Positions 57,969-64,000 of a DNA stretch of 64,000 nucleotides are shown piece by piece. Below the pieces are notes generated by a model. The model was not told where the DNA came from and did no database searches. It saw nothing but the letters and a program-made list of their open reading frames with translations. This DNA is from Candidatus Dojkabacteria bacterium (GTDB lineage Bacteria > Patescibacteriota > Dojkabacteria > B142 > OLB20): positions 1,042,209 to 1,106,208 of the forward strand of contig CP129475.1 in assembly GCA_030583785.1 (NCBI GenBank), in the 5' to 3' direction. Position numbers and translations under genes: made by a program. The first letter of the stretch is position 1. Each line of letters begins with the position of its first letter.

Positions 57969-57992
57969 AGGGGCGGCGCGAGCGCCGCCCCT
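57969..57992 (-). terminator. GC-rich hairpin (AGGGGCGGCG-CGAG-CGCCGCCCCT) just downstream of the thrS stop
   Basis: A perfect 10-bp GC stem in an AT-rich context. The following U-tract is weak. Confidence 0.35.
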
Positions 57993-57998
57993 AAACAG

Positions 57999-59768
57999 TT
58001 AAAACCCAAGTTCAATTTCGCTATCTCTAGATGCAATATTATCCTTGAGTTGTGAAAGTAGCTTTTCAAAATCTACTCCTCTGACTTCTTTTCCGTTTCT
58101 GTAGCGAAGGGATACAGTGTTATCTGCTTCTTCTTTCTTGCCAACGATAAGCATATATGGAACCTTCATTTTTTGTGCTTCTCGAACTTTTGCCTGCATT
58201 CTTTCGCTGTTAGAATCAACACTGCTTCTAATTCTAGCTTTGTTCAGTTCAGAGTTTAGTTTTTCTGCATAAGTTAGGTTGTCTTCAGAAATTGGAATTA
58301 TTCGGACTTGCTCAGGTGCCAACCACGCCGGAAAGTTTCCTCCGAAATGCTCAATTAAGAATGCCATAAACCTTTCATGAACTGATAATGGAGCCCTATG
58401 TATAACAAATACCTCGTTATTGTCTTGGCCGTCTTTATCGGTATAGCTGAGTCCGAATCGTTCTTTGGCGAGAAAGTCTAACTGGATTGTGCTCATAGTT
58501 TCTTCTCGTCCAATAACCGACTTAAATTGGACATCAACTTTTGGTCCGTAAAATGCAGCTTCGTCATCTGCCTCAATAAAATTTACATCCATCTCCTGAA
58601 GCACTTCACGGAGAATCTGTTCAGAGTATTCCCAGTTTTTTGGCTCGTTAATGTATTTTTCAGTATGTTTTGGATCCCATTTAGAAAGTCTGAACCAGAA
58701 ATCTTTTAGGTTAAAGAGTTCAAAATAATCTGTTGTAAGTTTAAGAACTTTCTTAAACTCATCTTTGATCTGGTCCTTTCTCAAATAAATATGTGCATCG
58801 TTCATTTCTAGCCCTCTGACTCGAAGTAGTCCTGCCAATGTCCCGGATAATTCGTTTCTATAAACCATACCGTATTCTGCAATTCTTAACGGTAAATCTT
58901 TGTAACTTTTTGGCTTATGTAAATAAATCTGATGATGATGGGGACAATTCATTGCTTTGAGATAGTAGGTGCCGTCATCCATCTCCATTCCTGGATACAT
59001 ATCCTTCTCATAATAAGGAAGATGTCCGGATTTTAAAAAGAGTTCTTTCTTCGCAATGTGCGGAGTAGAGACTCTAACATATCCTGCCTTTTCTTCCATT
59101 TCACATGCCAGCTTTTCGACCTCGTTCTTCATTATGGTTCCATTTGGAAGCCACATGACAAGACCTTTTCCTACGACCTCGTCGATATAATATATTTCTA
59201 GTTCTTTACCAATCTTGCGATGATCTCTTTCTTTGGCCAGTTCTTTTTGTTTCAGAAACTCGTCTAGGTCTTCTGAGGTTGTGAAAGCAGTTCCGTATAT
59301 TCTCGTGAGCATTGTGTTTTTTTCGTCGCCTCTCCAGTAGGCACCAGCCAGTGATAATAATTTAAAATGCTCTAATTCTTTTGATGGATTTTCGACATGG
59401 CCACCTCTACAAAGGTCGCTGAATTCTCCGGAATCATAGAACGAGATAATTTCCCCTGCTTGCGAGAATTCATTTATCAATTCAGTTTTGTATTCGTTTC
59501 CTTTACATTCTTTAAGTGCTTCGTCTTTTGAAAGCTCTCTTCTTTTGAAACCTTTCCAATTTTTGACGATTTCTTTCATTTTCTTTTCGATGCTTTCTAG
59601 ATCATCGGCAGATATTGGGTTGCTAAACTCAAAGTCATAGTAAAAGCCATCATCTATTGCCGGCCCGATAGTTCTTTTGGTATCTGGCCATAAATCCATA
59701 ACGGCGGCTGCAAGCAGATGTGCAGCAGAATGTCTTAGTTTCTCAAGATACTCTTTGTCTTTGTTCAT
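57999..59768 (-). CDS. thrS: Threonyl-tRNA synthetase (589 aa), short N-terminus with no TGS domain
   Basis: Starts in the second additional (SAD/editing) domain with RHSAAHLL. Class II motifs 1-3 and a C-terminal anticodon-binding domain are present. Confidence 0.95.
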   Translation of the reverse strand: MNKDKEYLEKLRHSAAHLLAAAVMDLWPDTKRTIGPAIDDGFYYDFEFSNPISADDLESIEKKMKEIVKNWKGFKRRELSKDEALKECKGNEYKTELINEFSQAGEIISFYDSGEFSDLCRGGHVENPSKELEHFKLLSLAGAYWRGDEKNTMLTRIYGTAFTTSEDLDEFLKQKELAKERDHRKIGKELEIYYIDEVVGKGLVMWLPNGTIMKNEVEKLACEMEEKAGYVRVSTPHIAKKELFLKSGHLPYYEKDMYPGMEMDDGTYYLKAMNCPHHHQIYLHKPKSYKDLPLRIAEYGMVYRNELSGTLAGLLRVRGLEMNDAHIYLRKDQIKDEFKKVLKLTTDYFELFNLKDFWFRLSKWDPKHTEKYINEPKNWEYSEQILREVLQEMDVNFIEADDEAAFYGPKVDVQFKSVIGREETMSTIQLDFLAKERFGLSYTDKDGQDNNEVFVIHRAPLSVHERFMAFLIEHFGGNFPAWLAPEQVRIIPISEDNLTYAEKLNSELNKARIRSSVDSNSERMQAKVREAQKMKVPYMLIVGKKEEADNTVSLRYRNGKEVRGVDFEKLLSQLKDNIASRDSEIELGF

Positions 59769-60040
59769 GATAATAAAATAATAAAAAAAATGACCCCTAG
59801 CTATAGAGCTAAGGGTCTTTGAAAATCATCGACGGTCCCACCTAATTTTTAACTTGATTTGCTATTAAGTTGTTGGTATTTCCCGATTTAACTTTCGGGA
59901 TAAGCTTAGGAAATTCGCACCTTACTATTTCCTTCTCTGGTAATAATGGATATTATAATATATATCCGTTTCAAATAAAACAGGGTAGTTATGTGCCGAG
60001 TTTTCGGTTCTAATGAATTGAATATCAAAATCATCGTAAT
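59769..60040 (-). promoter_or_regulatory. Candidate T-box riboswitch leader of thrS. It has a T-box-like sequence AAAUUAGGUGGGACCGUCG (minus strand, plus coordinates ~59830-59848) and an intrinsic terminator GACCCUUAGCUC-UAUA-GCUAGGGGUC + U8 ending 4 nt before the ATG.
   Basis: Read on the minus strand. The T-box consensus is AAUUAGGGUGGUACCGCG. The terminator-then-aaRS arrangement is typical. Stem I and the specifier loop were not resolved, and antiterminator pairing was not convincingly found. Confidence 0.4.
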
Positions 60041-60049
60041 TACTGCCGT

Positions 60050-61282
60050 ATGAACAAATTGAAAGTACTAATGTTCGGCTGGGAATATGCGCCAATCGTT
60101 TCTGGCGGACTTGGCGTCGTTTGCCGCTCCATTGCTCAAAACCTCATCAAGCAAAATGTTAAGCTAACATTTGTGCTTCCCCGCTTGCCAAGTAAGATTT
60201 CTGTAGACAACATGACCTTAATCAATGCCAATGAAACGCAGTATCATGTTCAAGCCGACACAATTATTGAGATTGAAACACAAATCTCTCCTTATATGAG
60301 CAAAAAAGAATTTGAAGAAATTAAGAATTCTCTCAGACTAAAAAGGGAAGCTGGTGATTCTAACGACATGTACGGAGTTGATCTATTCGAAGAGGTGATT
60401 AAATACGCAGCCAGAGCAACTGAAATAGCTGCCAATAATCCTCACGATGTTATTCATGCTCATGACTGGATGACAGCACAAGCCGCAATTAACGCTCGGT
60501 CAGTTTCTAACAAACCTTTTATCCTTCACATTCACTCCACAGAGATAGAGCGAACCGCAGGAAGCCCTCATCCAATAATCTTCAACTACGAAAAAGAAGG
60601 AATGTTAAAGGCCGATAAAATAATCGCCGTCAGTGAAAGAACCAAAGAAATTATTTCAGATAGTTACGGGATTGATCGTAACAAGATTGAAGTAGTTCAC
60701 AATTCTGTCGACGATTGTTCTACGAATCTGGATAGTAATACTATCCCAGAAAATGTCAGCCCATCAGTGCTATTTTTAGCCAGACTTGCTCCATCTAAAG
60801 GCGCAGATTATTTGCTTAGAGCAGGACAAAAGGTGATACAGGTAATGCCCGATGTTAAGTTCATATTTATCGGAAAAGGTAGTATGAAAGACGAATTGGT
60901 AGATCTTAGCAGAGAGCTTGGTATAGAAGATAATGTGATCTTTCCCGGTTTCTTAAACCATGAACAAGTGGATATGGCATACAAAAGAGCAAGCTTGTTT
61001 GTTATGCCTTCAATTTCTGAGCCCTTCGGGATAACAGCCTTAGAGGCAATCAGAAATGGTACACCGGTACTTATGTCTAAACAATCCGGAGCAGGAGAAG
61101 TTGTCCGAAATGTATTAAAGGTTGATTTCTGGGACACTGATGAAATGGCTAATAAGATAATGGCAGTAATAAAGCATAAAACTCTAGCCTCGGAGCTTAG
61201 AAAAAACAGCATAAACGAATTACAAAGACTTAATTGGGAACAACAAACAGAAAAGATTATTCAGATTTACCACACTCTTTAG
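60050..61282 (+). CDS. Glycogen/starch-synthase-like glycosyltransferase (GT5/GT4 type)
   Basis: N-terminal WEYAPIVSGGLGVV resembles the E-x-AP-x-x-KTGGLGDV motif of glycogen synthases. It has a GT-B C-terminal half and is followed by GH57 and debranching-enzyme genes. Confidence 0.65.
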   Translation: MNKLKVLMFGWEYAPIVSGGLGVVCRSIAQNLIKQNVKLTFVLPRLPSKISVDNMTLINANETQYHVQADTIIEIETQISPYMSKKEFEEIKNSLRLKREAGDSNDMYGVDLFEEVIKYAARATEIAANNPHDVIHAHDWMTAQAAINARSVSNKPFILHIHSTEIERTAGSPHPIIFNYEKEGMLKADKIIAVSERTKEIISDSYGIDRNKIEVVHNSVDDCSTNLDSNTIPENVSPSVLFLARLAPSKGADYLLRAGQKVIQVMPDVKFIFIGKGSMKDELVDLSRELGIEDNVIFPGFLNHEQVDMAYKRASLFVMPSISEPFGITALEAIRNGTPVLMSKQSGAGEVVRNVLKVDFWDTDEMANKIMAVIKHKTLASELRKNSINELQRLNWEQQTEKIIQIYHTL

Positions 61283-61291
61283 TATTAATAC

Positions 61292-62494
61292 ATGCCCAAG
61301 AGTCAAGCAAAGAAAGTACTTATATACTTCAAGGTACATCAGCCATATTATCTTGCTGATTATAAATTCTTTCAAAAAAGATCATTTGCAAAGTACGATG
61401 CATATTTTAAGACACTGAATAAGCAAAACGGCTTTGCTCGAAGAATTATTGAAGAGAACTATTATCCTTTAAATGAACTACTTCTTAGGTTGTTAAGCAA
61501 TAATGAAAACCTGTACTTACATTTCGGGTTTTCCGGAGTGACTTTAGAACAATTTCAGAAGTATGACCCTGAGCTTATAACCGGTTTTAAGCAGATGGTA
61601 TCTACCGGTAGAGTCAATGTTGGAGCATCTACTTACTATCACTCTAGAAGTTGGGATTACTCTCGCCAAGAGTTTGTCAAGCAAGTTATTATGCAGCGGA
61701 ATCTGATCTGGGACATATTTCGAGTTAAGGCTAACTGGTTTACCGATTCGGTTCATCACTATAGTAACGAGCTTGCAAAATTCCTAAAAGGTATTGGATT
61801 TGATAGCTATTTAACCACATCAAATCTTGGTGAGTCTCTAATTTACGAGAATCAAGATGTTCAATTAGACGATGAAACACAAGAAATTATGTTAAAAAAC
61901 AGGTTTTCGGACAAAAGAAGTAAAAGGCTACATGTATTCAATCTAGGTAGGGTCGGTGCTTTAGATAAAGTCATTTTTGACCAATCTCTCCTGGATACAT
62001 TTCTTAGCACCACAGAAGTTTCTGACATTGGAATAACATTTGATTACAATTATGCTGCATTCGACCCTTCAAAAAGAAATAGGTACTTTAGATTTATTAC
62101 AGATCTTCTTGAAAATGATAATTTTAATATAAATAGTATTTCGGTCACCGATAAACAACACAGAAATAATCAAGTTACGGAACACAATGTATCTTCATAT
62201 AACGACTTAACAAAAAGCAATCAGCTTCAATTAGAAGCTATCTCTGAGCTTTACAAACTTGAAGAGTACTTATCCAGAATAGAAAGGAAGCGAAAACCTT
62301 TAGCTGTTAAGAGAAATGTATTTGAAGCCTGGAGAAGGCTACAGAGTTTCGATCATATTGAATTCATGGACACACATAACTGGGAATCAAAACAAAATGA
62401 GAGCAGAATACCTTATGATTCACCTTATGATGCCTATATCAATTTTATGAATATCGTTCAGGACTTTAATGAAGAGCTTAAAAAAATTACCTAA
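61292..62494 (+). CDS. Glycoside hydrolase family 57-like protein
   Basis: N-terminal ...LIYFKVHQPYY (the HQP region of GH57). It is in a glycogen-metabolism context. Confidence 0.5.
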   Translation: MPKSQAKKVLIYFKVHQPYYLADYKFFQKRSFAKYDAYFKTLNKQNGFARRIIEENYYPLNELLLRLLSNNENLYLHFGFSGVTLEQFQKYDPELITGFKQMVSTGRVNVGASTYYHSRSWDYSRQEFVKQVIMQRNLIWDIFRVKANWFTDSVHHYSNELAKFLKGIGFDSYLTTSNLGESLIYENQDVQLDDETQEIMLKNRFSDKRSKRLHVFNLGRVGALDKVIFDQSLLDTFLSTTEVSDIGITFDYNYAAFDPSKRNRYFRFITDLLENDNFNINSISVTDKQHRNNQVTEHNVSSYNDLTKSNQLQLEAISELYKLEEYLSRIERKRKPLAVKRNVFEAWRRLQSFDHIEFMDTHNWESKQNESRIPYDSPYDAYINFMNIVQDFNEELKKIT

Positions 62495-64000
62495 AAATAT
62501 CGAGAAAGAGTATTTGGTTACAAATGCACTCGGTGGATACTGTTCTTCGGATCCATTGCAGGGAAATACTCGAAAGTATCATGGCTTGTTAGTAGTTGCA
62601 GATTCTGATCTAAATAGAATCAATCTCGTCAACAGGCTAGATGAACGCATTGAACTTGAAGGAAGAGAATTCAGTTTAACTGCTAGTCATTTCCAGAATG
62701 TATTCAAGACTGATTTAAAATACATTCTCTCTGATTACACTAATAATTCTTATCCTGAGTGGACCTATAACCTTCCTGGGTTAGTTATACAGAAGGCATA
62801 TGTTATGGAACGGCTGGCTAATCGAACTGTTGTTCGCTATACATTTTCTGCCGACAGAGAGGCGACAATGAATGTTGTGCCATTAATCACATACAGAAAT
62901 ATGCATGATCTGCGAAAGTTCTCTACATATAATTTCGGACAATTCAACGGCAATAATTCTGTAGTGATTAAAACCCAGCAAGAAAAGTATCTGCGTATAA
63001 ATTACAAAGGTTTTCGTTATATTCAGGATCAAGATGTCTATCACGATTTCTTCTATCCAATCGAAGAGGCCAGAGGATATGAAGCAAACGAGGATCTATT
63101 AAAGCCGGGTTTGTTTCAAGCAAGAATCCCTGCCGGTCATTCTGAAATGTTTATTTCGTTTTTATGGACAGATAATTACTCTGAGACTGAAACAGAGAAT
63201 TACGGAGATTACTTTTCTGCATTTGCAAACAGATCACAGCTTCTTTCTGATTATTATCATGACGCCAAGGATATTCGCAGGAGTAAATTGTCAGAATTAC
63301 TCAGTAGGCAGACCGATCAGTTCGTGATCAATACAGAAACAGGGATTTCCGTTATTGCCGGATATCACTGGTTTGAAGATTGGGGGAGGGATACATTCTT
63401 ATCTTTTCAAGGACTATTTCTCACAACTAATCGCTTCAGCGAAGCTGCAAATCTTCTTTTACGATGGTCAAAGTTATTTAAGAACGGACTATTGCCTAAT
63501 CGTCCTTTTGTAGAGGATTATAATTCGATTGATGCAGTCTTTTGGTATGCAGTAGCGGTATATGAATACTACCAAGCAACCGAAGATACAGATACAGTAT
63601 CGAAAATTATACCTACACTTGAGACCGCCTTTCTCTATCTCCAAGAAGACGACGAAAGTCTATCGATAACTCCTGACGGATACTTATACGATCATACAAA
63701 TTCCGCAATGACTTGGATGGATGCAAAGATTGACAATGTTCCTGTTATTGATCGTTCTGGTAAAGCTGTTGAAATTCAGGGGCTTTGGTACAACTTTTTA
63801 AGAACAGTTATCTATTTGAAAGAAAGTATTGGTGATCATACGCATCTTGTTCCAATGAGATCAATAGCAGCCAAGTTAGAAAGAAATTTTGAACAGGATT
63901 TCTTCAATCCGGACACCGGTTGTTTATTTGATTCGATTAAAACTGATAAAAAAGATCCGTCTATCAGACCTAATCAAATTATTCTCCTGTCACTTCCTTA
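62469..64000 (+). CDS. Glycogen debranching enzyme (amylo-alpha-1,6-glucosidase, GDE_N/GDE_C type). The 3' end runs off the window.
   Basis: Translated by hand: MKSLKKLPKNIEKEYLVTNALGGYCSSDPLQGNTRKYHGLLVV... and GYHWFEDWGRDTFLSFQGL... and MTWMDAKIDNVPVIDRSGKAVEIQGLWYN. The reading frame is open to position 64000, so it is absent from the ORF track (no stop). Confidence 0.85.
   Translation, partial: MKSLKKLPKNIEKEYLVTNALGGYCSSDPLQGNTRKYHGLLVVADSDLNRINLVNRLDERIELEGREFSLTASHFQNVFKTDLKYILSDYTNNSYPEWTYNLPGLVIQKAYVMERLANRTVVRYTFSADREATMNVVPLITYRNMHDLRKFSTYNFGQFNGNNSVVIKTQQEKYLRINYKGFRYIQDQDVYHDFFYPIEEARGYEANEDLLKPGLFQARIPAGHSEMFISFLWTDNYSETETENYGDYFSAFANRSQLLSDYYHDAKDIRRSKLSELLSRQTDQFVINTETGISVIAGYHWFEDWGRDTFLSFQGLFLTTNRFSEAANLLLRWSKLFKNGLLPNRPFVEDYNSIDAVFWYAVAVYEYYQATEDTDTVSKIIPTLETAFLYLQEDDESLSITPDGYLYDHTNSAMTWMDAKIDNVPVIDRSGKAVEIQGLWYNFLRTVIYLKESIGDHTHLVPMRSIAAKLERNFEQDFFNPDTGCLFDSIKTDKKDPSIRPNQIILLSLP

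Noticed and set aside
1-64000. CRISPR arrays, integrases, transposases, phage genes
   Set aside because: I scanned for short regularly spaced direct repeats and for recombinase-like ORFs and found none. The only notable repeats are the intragenic tandem duplication at 46986-47249 and the 11-nt tRNA-Gly 3' end copy.

Overview
Low-GC, gene-dense bacterial chromosome segment. Its features look like a reduced-genome, CPR/Patescibacteria-like lineage (inference, not verified): a single same-strand fusA-tuf-S10-spc-alpha-rplM-rpsI ribosomal superoperon with no L30 (rpmD) and no adk, tail extensions on ribosomal proteins, and compact operons. From the left end the window holds a kbl/tdh threonine-catabolism pair, an M20 peptidase, tRNA-Glu, a DUF2726 nuclease-fold protein, and a csoR-regulated copper operon (csoR, HMA membrane protein, copA). 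Next come an RRM protein, CarD, and the ~19.5 kb translation superoperon (fusA, tuf, rpsJ ... rpsI, including secY, map, infA, rpmJ and rpoA). The most unusual block follows the superoperon directly: a type IV secretion-like cluster made of a PEGA protein, a 1038-aa bitopic giant protein, greA, a VirB3/PrgI-like fusion protein, a VirB4/PrgJ-like ATPase and small membrane proteins. RNase P RNA (rnpB) follows it. Downstream are a YugP peptidase, a DsbA-like protein, and an uncharacterized cassette (a DNPH1/Rcl-like protein with its catalytic Glu replaced, plus two paralogous methyltransferase-like proteins). Then come secA, a sortase, a Cys-rich tandem-repeat secreted protein, thpR, hpf, a CAP-domain membrane protein, tRNA-Gly, an LD-carboxypeptidase, DUF2200, gpmI, an aspartase/fumarase-family lyase and an SDR. 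The right end carries thrS with a candidate T-box leader, and a glycogen cluster (glycogen-synthase-like GT, GH57, debranching enzyme). No CRISPR array, integrase or transposase was seen.
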